Below are positions 1-9,596 of a stretch of DNA of 38,301 bases, in pieces. The stretch's first letter is position 1; each line of letters starts with the position of its first letter. A program made the translations under genes and the position numbers. The stretch spans positions 1-38,301 of the forward strand of contig NKIB01015098.1 in the NCBI GenBank assembly GCA_002256025.1, written 5' to 3'. The DNA is from Asterionella formosa. Its lineage: Eukaryota. Under the pieces are notes generated by a model. That model saw only the letters and a program-made list of their open reading frames with translations, had not been told where the DNA came from and searched no databases.

Positions 1-435
1 AAAAAGACAATGAGCAAAAGTGCCAATGAATCAAAGCCGCTTCTGGATAAAATATATGCAAGGTGAAAAAATCAAGGCACACTTAGAAAGCCTTGAGTGT
101 GGCTTTGTCAATGCCTGGCAGGAAAAACTAGACAACATCCCCTTCCATATATATTGCATGAAGGAACCAGGCTAAATGATGTCTCTAATGTCTAAATAAG
201 GGAATTTAGAGCCAATTGGCAAGGTTTCAATGAGAGAGGGGGTTACAATGAACTAATCAACAAAAAAGTTTACATATACTGAGCTTATCCACAACCACTA
301 CAAGTTTTGGCATGCTGTTGACCACCATCATGCCAAGAGGCATTCCCCAATCAGTTTGAAGGTGGTTTGGGCGATTAAATGATGAACAAATAGAGTGTTT
401 GCATTAATCCTGTCAGTCACAGAAAGAAATGACAT
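1..435 (+). pseudogene. piggyBac-like (PGBD, DDE_Tnp_1_7-type) transposase, C-terminal remnant
   Basis: Manual translation gives RFWIKYMQGEKIKAH...NAWQEKLDNIPFHIYCMKEPG*MMSLMSK*G and KKFTYTELIHNHYKFWHAVDHHHAKRHSPISLKVVWAIK**TNRVFALILSVTE. These match the MKEPDY / HNHYxxRHAVDDHNxxRxxPISLE / WxNRVF blocks of stramenopile piggyBac-like transposases. In-frame stops and a frameshift; runs off the window start. Confidence 0.7.
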
Positions 436-477
436 ACTGGTGTGATATAAGCACTTCTGCAAGAAGGAGGTTGACAA

Positions 478-1260
478 ATATATCATCCTCAAGCTTCTTC
501 ACAGGAGTTTGTATATTAGTGACATATCCAATTCATCCAAATTGAACCAACTTTTCATGGATTCTGGGTTGCTTCCCATATACCGGTGCCCATGAAACTT
601 TATACTTCTTGAATTTGAAAACATGATTCATCACAGCTTCTGTTACATACACAAAGTGACAAACTTGAATAAGTCAACAATAACCATTTGTCTACTGAGT
701 TATATTTGGTAGTACCATGTGTTATTAGATCACCTAATTACTCACAGTACTAGAAGTCAAATTCTCGACATTTTCACCAGATTTGCCATTGTTGTAGATA
801 CATAATAAGATAGATTGCTGTGAATCATAGCTTGATAAGCACTTCATTTCCTTTGTTGCAGTGCACTCTTGTTTGGGTTTAGGGTGATTCTTTGTGACAT
901 ACCCAGTCTGTTTGTTGCAATTGAAACAGCACTTGACGCTTTTCAGACAAGGAGGCCTTTCTCCAACACTGGTGGTCATGTTCCTGACTCAAATCATTTG
1001 AGGAACTCTAATTTATTGGCGTTAAGAACCTCTAGCTTTATGGAGGGCATAGCCTTGATGACCACCATAAGCACTGCTCAAACTGTGTGGTTGATGTGAG
1101 CTTGGTACCCCCAAAGTTGACTCACCTGACTGTGAGTCATAACATAGTAGTAGGATGCAGTCCCTTTCCACTTGACAGAGCCTTTTCACAACAATTTGGC
1201 TCACAAACAATAACAACTGTTTTAATGCTTCAAAACCTTCAACTAAATGGATAATTACTG
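478..1260 (-). mobile_element. Decayed Ty1/Copia gag-integrase remnant
   Basis: The minus strand encodes a degenerate zinc knuckle (CFNCNKQTGYVTKNHPKPK, ORF 734-979). Downstream it gives VYGKQPRIHEKLVQFG*IGYVTNIQTPVKKLEDD, which resembles the post-integrase 'YGKKP...FGRIGYV...KL' block of Copia elements. Stops and large deletions. Confidence 0.5.
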
Positions 1261-1306
1261 ATAGACTAACTAGAAGACTCCTATTCTCAAACTATTGGGA
1301 CCCTTT

Positions 1307-3697
1307 TTAGTTTGGCTGCTCCAAGGCTTTGAGCAGCATTCGTCGCTTCTCTGAATCCCCAAAGGTGGCCCGAATCAACTTTGACAGTTCTGGTCCAGTG
1401 ACACTGGCAAACACCCCTTGACTCAAGGCCACATGGACATCAACTAAGCTCATATCCATGAAGCGTCCAACAGCTGAAAAGCGGTCCCAGTCCTTGGTGG
1501 TTGGCACCATGCGCAAAACACTCTGCATGGCAATAGAGGTAAGGGAACTGAGAAAGCTACAGGCCGACTCGCTGATATCTGTAGCACTTAAAATTTGTTC
1601 CAAGAACATGCCAAAAACAAAGTCCACCAAAAATCCAATAGAGGTGCAAAATACATCGGTTGACAAGATAGGCTTCCATGCATGTGATAAGTGCTGTAAG
1701 TGGTGTAAACCAGCCTTCATGGCTGTCTCAGCGTCAGTCCATTCCATCAATGACTCATTGGATTCAAGGGCTCGACCCAAGAGGGTGACACGGACTCCAA
1801 CCAATTCCCATAATTGATCACGCTGTCCCTCCAACATATCGCCCATGGCCTTGTCGGCGAGTTCTCTAAAGGGTGGGACCATGTCAACAAAGATGCAAGC
1901 TTCTCGTAGGAGTCGCCCCCTCTCGTCAGTTGTTTCTGGAAAACGTTCCTTGTATTCAAGGCCTAGAGTCAAGCAGTGATGAGCAAGAAATACACAATCA
2001 TTGTGCAATACGGCAGCTGTCCTTGGAAGGGATTTGATTTCGGCAGCATGAGTTGATGGAATAATGGCCCGGAACAAGTCGAGCATGTCTCGTGAAGTTC
2101 TGTACAAGACTGCAGATAACATGGACTCGCTGTAGTGTGCTACAGCTTCATCCATGGTACGACGGATCAGTTCCATAACTTTTTGGGCAGTATCCGAGAC
2201 GGCACTTTTATGCAGCTTGAAGATTGATAAATCAGGGGTACTTTCTGGAATTATGCTGTCTTTGTCAGGCTTTGAAACGTCTTCTCCAACTTGTGAGGTA
2301 TTGTGGTAGTCATTCTGAACAAGAATATTGCGTACTTCATTCAAAATGTGTAGCCTTCGCTTTTCCATGTACTTTTGCTCAAAATTGTTCGAAAAATCGT
2401 TGAGTGGGGTATCTGATTCAGCGAACCCAAGAGTCACGAGTTCCTCTTCAAAGGGAAGGAGCAACGAACGAAGTGACTTGCCCTTGTCCTGAAGATTCCC
2501 GAAAGCATCCGGTTCAATGTATACAGGAATGCAGGTGTTCCAAAGCAAATCAATCATTGGTTTCATAAGGCGCCCCGATTCATCGAGAAGGTGGGATTCT
2601 AATCCCAGATTCTTCAAGTCCAAGCCATGCACTACTGGACCTGATCTGCCAAACAAGCGTTGTCCCATGATGCGGCACAGCGACTGTCGTTCCAACAGTA
2701 CGTGTTTTTGCACAAATACAAGTACACGTGAATAAAATTGTACAATGGACTTCCACTGGTGTATGTATTCTTCGTCTCGGTCCGTAGCGACCTTTGAGTT
2801 ACTTTTCTCCTTGCTCCACTCCAAAATAAATTTGGTTCCTTTCCCGTTGGTCAATGTACTTGATTCCGCACGTTCGTTGAGCACCATAGTGACAAAGGCA
2901 CCATGCTGTAAGCTCGTCAACAGTGGCTCCAGAATCGTTTTTAATAATTGATCCGTAATGGTAATGATGGTTGGTTCCAAGGCATCGACTGCCTCCGAGA
3001 GGGCTTGCAAGATATCCAAGGCTTCCCCGTCACCTCTAACAGTCAATGTCGATTCCGTCAACTCCATGGTCGTCTCCAATAGTTGTTTCGCCTTGTATAC
3101 AAGTTCTATGCGTTTGCGACGAAGCGTTGTATTAATCGAGTCAAGGATGCGATAGGCTCCCTGTAAAGCAGGCGACGGGGCCTCGGTCTGCTGTTGCTGT
3201 GCTTCTTCCTTGGCAACAATGTCCTGAGCAAGTTCCAACGCCAGTTTGGCCTGTACCAGCATGGCCGCAGCTTCCGTCGAAGAGAGAGCTGCAGCTTGAT
3301 CAAGAGCAGTCTTGGCGAGCGATGCTTGACGAAGAAAGGCAATGCGTGCCTTGAGCCCATGCACTTCTAGCGCGAGTGCTTCGGGCGACGAGGGCACACA
3401 ACATGGAGTTTCTCCGGCATCGCTAGGAGAGTTCTGGCTCTCGGTTGCGACTACCAGACTCTCCAGTTCCTGTTCGATCTCGTTGAGCTTGTCTTGAATC
3501 TGTCGTTCCACGACCTTTGCGTCTTGGCCGAAGAGCGTCATGCCGAGGGCGAAGGATTGATTGGGGTCTCTGTTCTCTTGCTGTTGCATTGTCAGGACAT
3601 CTTCGTTCGCCGAACCTTGCAAGGCTTCCTCAGTCGCTTTGCGGAGGGCGAGTTTCACCTTGTTGAGTCGTTGTTCCGTGGTCATGGCAGAGTTCAT
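1307..3697 (-). CDS. ZW10: Centromere/kinetochore and NRZ tethering protein ZW10 homolog (796 aa)
   Basis: Long intact ORF. The C-terminal half has ZW10-type motifs: LYRTSRDMLDLFRAIIP, LPRTAAVLHNDCVFLAHH, FVDMVPPFRELA, DISESAC, ELSKLIRATFGDSEKRR. Confidence 0.85.
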   Translation of the reverse strand: MNSAMTTEQRLNKVKLALRKATEEALQGSANEDVLTMQQQENRDPNQSFALGMTLFGQDAKVVERQIQDKLNEIEQELESLVVATESQNSPSDAGETPCCVPSSPEALALEVHGLKARIAFLRQASLAKTALDQAAALSSTEAAAMLVQAKLALELAQDIVAKEEAQQQQTEAPSPALQGAYRILDSINTTLRRKRIELVYKAKQLLETTMELTESTLTVRGDGEALDILQALSEAVDALEPTIITITDQLLKTILEPLLTSLQHGAFVTMVLNERAESSTLTNGKGTKFILEWSKEKSNSKVATDRDEEYIHQWKSIVQFYSRVLVFVQKHVLLERQSLCRIMGQRLFGRSGPVVHGLDLKNLGLESHLLDESGRLMKPMIDLLWNTCIPVYIEPDAFGNLQDKGKSLRSLLLPFEEELVTLGFAESDTPLNDFSNNFEQKYMEKRRLHILNEVRNILVQNDYHNTSQVGEDVSKPDKDSIIPESTPDLSIFKLHKSAVSDTAQKVMELIRRTMDEAVAHYSESMLSAVLYRTSRDMLDLFRAIIPSTHAAEIKSLPRTAAVLHNDCVFLAHHCLTLGLEYKERFPETTDERGRLLREACIFVDMVPPFRELADKAMGDMLEGQRDQLWELVGVRVTLLGRALESNESLMEWTDAETAMKAGLHHLQHLSHAWKPILSTDVFCTSIGFLVDFVFGMFLEQILSATDISESACSFLSSLTSIAMQSVLRMVPTTKDWDRFSAVGRFMDMSLVDVHVALSQGVFASVTGPELSKLIRATFGDSEKRRMLLKALEQPN

Positions 3698-3984
3698 AGC
3701 GGCAACTAACTGTCATCAAGACACAAAAAGTCGACGGCAAATTAATGAAAGGCTATGATATAGAATTTGAATATTAGTACGGTATTTATTTTGCTTTTAT
3801 TTAAATATATTCATATATTAATATTTGTATTTAACATTTTACATTACCATCATAAAAGTACATTTAGTACGTAATGATCCAATGTTGGCATGCCGGTGTA
3901 CGACATTCAAATATTGATGCATAATGCATACCTTTCAGGTTTCATAATGATTCGAAATGAGGGGTTGATTGCTGTAATTTCGAT

Positions 3985-4069
3985 TTTCAACTTCTTCACC
4001 TCAAGACAAATCTTAACAGCATTCCAGACTGAAGCTTTCTTCATTTGCCAAGAGGTGAAGAAGTAGAAA
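3985..4069. repeat. Inverted repeat / hairpin upstream of ZW10
   Basis: TTTCAACTTCTTCACCTC (3985-4002) pairs with GAGGTGAAGAAGTAGAAA (4052-4069): 17 of 18 bp complementary. Confidence 0.75.
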
Positions 4070-4332
4070 TTTTCAAGAAGTTGCGGTGATTTTATAATTT
4101 CGGAGATTCACCACTCATATATTGCTTCTCATGTCGCAACCTTTTTCGTAGGCTTTGTTCTCCCACTGATAACAACATGGTAAAGCTAGTGCATATGCAT
4201 AGAGAATTAAATAAAACCTATTTTCTAGCCCATTTGTACTCCCCTATTTCCAGGCAAGTATTCATTGTCCTAGTACCCCCTCCTGGCTGACTGCCAACAA
4301 GACTTGTGCTTCCCTAGTTTTATTAGCATAGG

Positions 4333-4530
4333 TGAGTCCCCAACCACCTTTTGCGAAACTTTGATTGTCTTAGCTGCAGTTTTAGGGGAAACTCCGAACG
4401 GCTAGGAAGGCAGCAAAAGCTGCTTGTAGGGGGCAACCCCACTATTTCTTGCACACCAGGCAAGACCAGCATGATGTGGGATGGAAAGGAGTGTGCAAGT
4501 CAAACCCAGAAATTGCTTCTCAAAAAATGC
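4333..4530 (+). repeat. Dispersed ~190 bp repeat, copy 1 (candidate structured RNA)
   Basis: Colinear with 7850-8030. Shared blocks: TGAGTCCCCAACCA, TGATTGTCT, AGGGGAAACTC, CTAGGAAGGC, TGCTTGTAGGGGG, GGCAACCC, CTTGCAC-CCAGGCAAGAC, AATTGCTTCTCAAAA. Confidence 0.85.
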
Positions 4531-4810
4531 GGGAGTCGAACTACACAACATCAACATGCTCAACAAACTAATACATTCCCTGGCATATGCACAGAGAACA
4601 ATAGAAGTTCACCAAAAATATTCTGAGGTTGCACATACCCTGTATCATTCTTGTCATTGTCTTAATTGATGATGTCTCACAAGATCACACTGGTTGATTG
4701 TTTGGGTTTAGGTAGCCGCTGGGAGGTGAGGGCATTTTGCCTATAGTCCCTCATGCTGCAAACAACAAGCATCAAGACCTCCTAAACATTAGTGACTAAC
4801 AGCAGACCAG

Positions 4811-4898
4811 CAAGATGCGGTAATTGTGCTGAAACTAAAAATTTATCTACCTTTATCCGATATCAAATTGTTTATTTAAGCAAAATGACCGCAACTTG
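4811..4898 (+). mobile_element. 88 bp MITE, copy 1
   Basis: TIRs CAAGATGCGGTAATT...AATGACCGCAACTTG, flanked on both sides by CAG (3 bp TSD). Internal sequence CTTTATCCGATAT-AAATTGTTT is shared with copies 2 and 3. Confidence 0.85.
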
Positions 4899-5997
4899 CA
4901 GATACTGTTGCACATCATATGTCCACCAGAATCCACTCAGTTGTCCATTTTGAACCAGCAATTGGCAAAGGTTTCAAGTAACACTACAATCAACAGATCG
5001 GCAGGGGCAAGAGAAGCATCAAACTGGTAGTTCTATGGAAATGCGTGTGTAGAGATGATTGAGGAGTGGTGAAATGAGATTCTCAGATGGATTGTTAGGA
5101 GCTCAATTTTTGGAATTACTATTCTTGCATGCAAATCGCCTAGCAAATTGCCTACAGATCCATCAAATCGTCAAAGTGCCCCGAAACAAATAATAGTACT
5201 GGGTATCCATTCATTAATTCTTATAATTTGTTATGATTAATCCTGTTTGTTAGTTCCTCACCAATGCTACAAAAAGCACCACCATTGTTGATTAGCAGAT
5301 TGATTTTGCTAATATTGCTAGTGGTATTCTCTTGTTATATTGTGCTCGAGGGATCTGTATTTATTTAAACAAAAGCACAAAAAATAATTTTCTTCAAATT
5401 ACATAACAGTACATATCATAGCCTTGCCTTATTTTGTCGTTGACTTCAAGTGTGCAGTGTGCTTTATGCATGCATGCAGGGACGACATTGGGAGGCGCAC
5501 GCCAGGTAGGCTTTCAATTTTGTTACAGTTATATAGTGGTATACTACAGCCAATGATGGATGCTTTTTCAGGATGGCAAGAACAATCATATGTTATGCAT
5601 ACCGACGATACTCCCGCCGACAAAAAGTGAGTGCTGTGGCCATAATTTATGATAGATAAACAAGAATTTACTACCGGTACTACTGATGCACAACCGCTAT
5701 GCATCAGCGAAGTGCTCAATTACATGGCTACCGGAGTAAAATAAAAATGAAATATATAACATGTATATCGGTAGTTGAATAGATCTTGCATTTTTTATTT
5801 TGATGCTCATGTGTACAACATATAATGTGTGAATGTATCAAAAGACTACCGGTATACATTTTGTTCTATTAACTAGGGCGGCGTCCGCCCTCCTAGTATA
5901 CACTGCAGATCACTTATACTTGTGTAATTGGCCATACCTCCGAACAACACACAGGTCTTTCATAATGACTATAATGCATACATCTACCTTCTGTAGC

Positions 5998-6729
5998 TTA
6001 CACCACGGCGTCCGGCGCCGCATACGACTTCACCTCCTCATCCGTCAACAGAGCTTCCTTCTTATCTTCCAATTCTTCATGTGCCCCCGAATGCTGAGGG
6101 TCTGCTTTCAAATACGAGTCCGCAATCCAAAAATATATCATGTTCAATAATCCAGGAAATAAAATCATAACAAACACCAGTTCAAACTTGATGTTTCCTT
6201 GCAGTGGTTTAAACAACAAAGCCCCAATCCAAGCCAACACATTCGAACTCAACACCATGACACCGAAAATGATCATTTTGCAAATGGTCAATATGAACAT
6301 CCATGCCGCTACTTGATGCAGCCAATGAGTGAATCCGGTTGTTCCTGTGTAAACTCCCGAGTTTTTGAGTGACGTCCAATCCCATCGATTGGCCGTGTAG
6401 TCCAATAGATTCAACCCAGCAATGGCCAGGACCAGTCCAAGTGTGGTATCAATCAAATAGGAAATGGCATACCACGCACATTGATCGTCCAAGGTTGTCG
6501 TGGTGTTCATGTTTGCAATAACGGAAGCGATGATCATGTTGAGAACGTGTGCATAGCACGCTCCGAATCCTTGTTTGCTAACATCCAAGAACCATGTGTA
6601 AAAGGTGCGACGGGGGACTTCTCGAAGGCGCTTGATGTAAAGAGATAATAAAGCAGCAACTCCCAATAATATTTGGACCAAAACGGTGAAGAAATCAGCC
6701 TTGTCATAGACCTTGCACACTTGTGTCAT
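5998..6729 (-). CDS. STIMATE/TMEM110-family multi-pass membrane protein (243 aa)
   Basis: Family motifs KRLREVPRR..TWFLDVSKQ, HVLN, DQCAWY...LIDTTLG, ELVFVMILFPGLLN..YFWIADSYLK; about 5 hydrophobic segments. Confidence 0.85.
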   Translation of the reverse strand: MTQVCKVYDKADFFTVLVQILLGVAALLSLYIKRLREVPRRTFYTWFLDVSKQGFGACYAHVLNMIIASVIANMNTTTTLDDQCAWYAISYLIDTTLGLVLAIAGLNLLDYTANRWDWTSLKNSGVYTGTTGFTHWLHQVAAWMFILTICKMIIFGVMVLSSNVLAWIGALLFKPLQGNIKFELVFVMILFPGLLNMIYFWIADSYLKADPQHSGAHEELEDKKEALLTDEEVKSYAAPDAVV

Positions 6730-6804
6730 TTTGCTTGTCGTGTGTCAAGTGTTATTAGCGTCGGGGAATGGGATAGCAACGCGATGGATGATCATACAAT
6801 ATTA

Positions 6805-7350
6805 TCAGCTACCGGTAGCTACGGCTCCTGAAATGCTGGTCGTATGGCGTTTTGCTTTATCATATAGTTACCGGTGCCAGGTACCAAAGTACCAGGTACC
6901 TGGTACCCCCGTTCCGGTACCGTTAGTCTAGCTGGTAAAAGTACTGGTCCCGATGTACTGACACCGGTGGTAGCTGGTACAAGGGTACCAGTACACCAGG
7001 TAATGCAATATGCCACTTGTGCCGATAGGAGACAATGATGCCGCTTATAATGTTATAATCATACCGTTACGTATATACCACATATTTATATAAATAATAT
7101 ATACTATGAAGAAACATATGTACCGGTACCAGGTAGCTGATACGGGTACCTGGTATCTGGTACCAGTGCTCGGATCAGAGATCCCGCCTCTCGGTGGTTC
7201 CCGAGTTAGAGGTACATACGTACCGGTGATCATTTATTGTGGCGAGAGCAGACCAGCCCGCACCGGAAAGCACCTCCCCTGTATTGTGTTTTGGGCTTTT
7301 TGAATGCACATAGGTACCAGGTACCAGATACCTGGTGTATACCTGTACTC
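6805..7350. repeat. (GTACCWG)n / TACCGGTA palindrome-rich low-complexity tract
   Basis: For example GTACCAGGTACCTGGTACC at 6889-6907. Similar tracts at 19580-19900, 32260-32660 and 35100-35210. Confidence 0.75.
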
Positions 7351-7621
7351 AACTGAAACAAGTGACTGCATCCTATGGTCACTGGTAGACATGACGGATA
7401 TATGTATATTTATTACTGGATAAGTAAACAAGTGGTACTATATGAAAATATGGCAGAGTTCACATCAATGTGGTCATGTGGTGGAACAAACTTGAGCGAT
7501 TCGTCCGAGGTCCTCTGCATATATAGCATGCAGGTGGGCAGTCTACCGTCCTGGCTGTGCGTCCTTGCAAACAATTGATGCTACATACCGGTGGTATATG
7601 ATACTTTTACCGGTAACCTGG

Positions 7622-7709
7622 CAAGTTGCGGTAATTTCGCTGCAACTAAAGGTTTAGCTTTCTTTATCCGATATTAAATTGTTTGTTTAAGCAAAATGAC
7701 CGTAACTTG
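7622..7709 (+). mobile_element. 88 bp MITE, copy 2
   Basis: TIRs CAAGTTGCGGTAATTT...AAATGACCGTAACTTG. Flanks AACCTGG | CTGGTAC give a CTG or CTGG duplication. Confidence 0.85.
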
Positions 7710-7744
7710 CTGGTACTCCGAGAAACATACTGGCACAGTACCAG

Positions 7745-7837
7745 CAGGTACGCCGCGCGGTCATTTTGTTAATAAAAACAATTTAATATCGGATAAAGAA
7801 AGCTAAATATTTAGGTCGACACAATCACCGCAGCCTG
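7745..7837 (-). mobile_element. MITE, copy 3 (inverted, one TIR degenerate)
   Basis: The reverse complement reads CAGGCTGCGGTGATTGTG...TTTAGCTTTCTTTATCCGATATTAAATTGTTT...CAAAATGACCGC. Flanks are TACCAG | TAG. Confidence 0.8.
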
Positions 7838-7849
7838 TAGGAAGCCCTC

Positions 7850-8030
7850 TGAGTCCCCAACCATCGTTGGTGAAAGGTGATTGTCTGAGCCGCAGTGTCA
7901 GGGGAAACTCTGACCGCCTAGGAAGGCGGCACAGTGCTTGTAGGGGGGCAACCCACTTTTCCTTGCACGCCAGGCAAGACTGCACAGAACACGAGTGTGG
8001 GAGTTGAAACCAACAATTGCTTCTCAAAAC
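7850..8030 (+). repeat. Dispersed ~190 bp repeat, copy 2 (candidate structured RNA)
   Basis: Homologous to 4333-4530. Contains GTCAGGG-GAAA-CTCTGAC and GGG-GCAA-CCC hairpins. Confidence 0.85.
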
Positions 8031-8099
8031 AATTGCAGGAAATATAATATTTCTTAACATTCTTTATTCACCTTAGTATTATACTGCAATCCTCTGGCT

Positions 8100-9290
8100 A
8101 AAATTCCGGTAGGTGCATGGATCACGACAGCCCACTTGCACCATGTGTGTAACACCATGTACTTGAAGGAATGCAAGTAGCTAAATGCATGATGCATTAT
8201 GTAGCAAAAAATAGCTCAACTTTGCCTGGTCCTGGAGATTACAAACTATGTCACTCCAAGTATCATACCGTAGTCAAGTACCACCCTGAGATGATAACAG
8301 AGTATAGCAGAGTACTACTTGCATGTAGAGTATTGGTACTACTATATGCAGACTGCTGGTGCTACCAGCAAGTTGCAGTAAATTTGCCAACATGACATGG
8401 CAGATATTCACACCTGCCAATCCAAATCTTAAATAAATGTGCTTACTAGCTTGACAATGGTTATCTTTCATTTGTGGCATGATTGTTTGAATACTGTTCT
8501 GTTGGAACTCAATTTGACTGGCTGGAGCTATTTTAGGATGAAACACATGATCCCCCAATAGAAATAAGCAAGATTGGGGTTTTATCAGGAAAAAAATTCT
8601 GTTGGGACCAGTCACATTGCCAGTGCTTTGATAGAAGCCTATCTGACTGTTGAAAGAAAAGAGTAGTACACAAATCAGGAGTACTAGCTAGGTAGGTTGT
8701 CCAATCACGGTGTGTGTTATCTTCAGCAGCACCATTGTCATTGTTACTGTTGATTGTAATACCCACTAATGTCCTGTCTTTCCTGCAACTTGCAAAAATT
8801 GGCATTCCATATGAAGCAAAGGGCATGGTTGGTGGCTGACTTCTGGGCATGGAACAGGCAGGACAAATATCTCAGCAATTATTGTTGGTCAACTTTAATG
8901 ATTAATGAGCCAGCCAGCAGTATGTTCAGATAGTATGGCGATGTTGAGATGGGGTAGAAACAAGGCTTCCTGTACAGCAGGGGGTAGATTTGGAAGTGGA
9001 TTGGTCTGTTCCATGCAGTGCTGACACATCAAACAATTGACCAATATACCCAATCTTGAGGAGGAGGTAATCTTGAGAACAAGGACAAACTCTCCTCCTC
9101 CATGAAGAGTAGTAGCTAGATGTAGCATCCATAAGTATAGAGCTTACACTGTTAGCTAGTGCATTAGTAGCTGTTTCTCGAATAGCAACAAAGAGATTTT
9201 CATTAGCCATCATTCTGGATGAGATTTGTTGTTTACAAACAGCAAGCAATTCACGGTTCAGCCATCAAAACCACAGGCATGAAGGCCTGC
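8100..9290 (-). mobile_element. Possible highly degraded non-LTR (LINE, Ambal-like) retrotransposon fragments
   Basis: Broken minus-strand peptides (KQQISSRMMANE, YSSWRRRV, GITI...DWTT, IQTIMPQMKDN...FGLAGVNICH, FLQVH) loosely recall the segments flanking the RT of diatom LINE ORF2. No RT core is visible. Confidence 0.3.
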
Positions 9291-9596
9291 AAAATTCCTG
9301 ATACCGGTAGACAAGTCGACCAAATTGCGTCACAAATGAACAAGATACTACCGGTAATAAAATTTGGAAACAAAATTATTCTCGGCTTTTAACAAAAACG
9401 CTACCCGGTACTGGTACTTAGTTCATGTTCTTCCTGTAGTCGACATACCGGTAGGGGATCGAAAATCCTACATAACCGAAACGAGAACATTTCTTATCTT
9501 CCCTGTCAGGCAATGACAGTCAACAACAACGCAGTACGGGTGATGTGATCAAAACAATCACCACGAATCTCCTCTTACCTCACAGTGGCGATCACA

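Noticed and set aside
4325..4370. Hammerhead ribozyme (UGAGUCCC...CGAAAC...GUC)
   Set aside because: The CUGA core is missing in copy 1, copy 2 has CUGAGUC rather than CUGANGA, and stem II does not pair convincingly. At most a decayed relic.
7887..7960. Group II intron domain V, or SRP RNA helices 6-8
   Set aside because: GAGCCG...GAAA is suggestive, but the CGGUUC partner and AC bulge of domain V are absent, and there is no SRP helix-8 CAGG/AGCAG motif.
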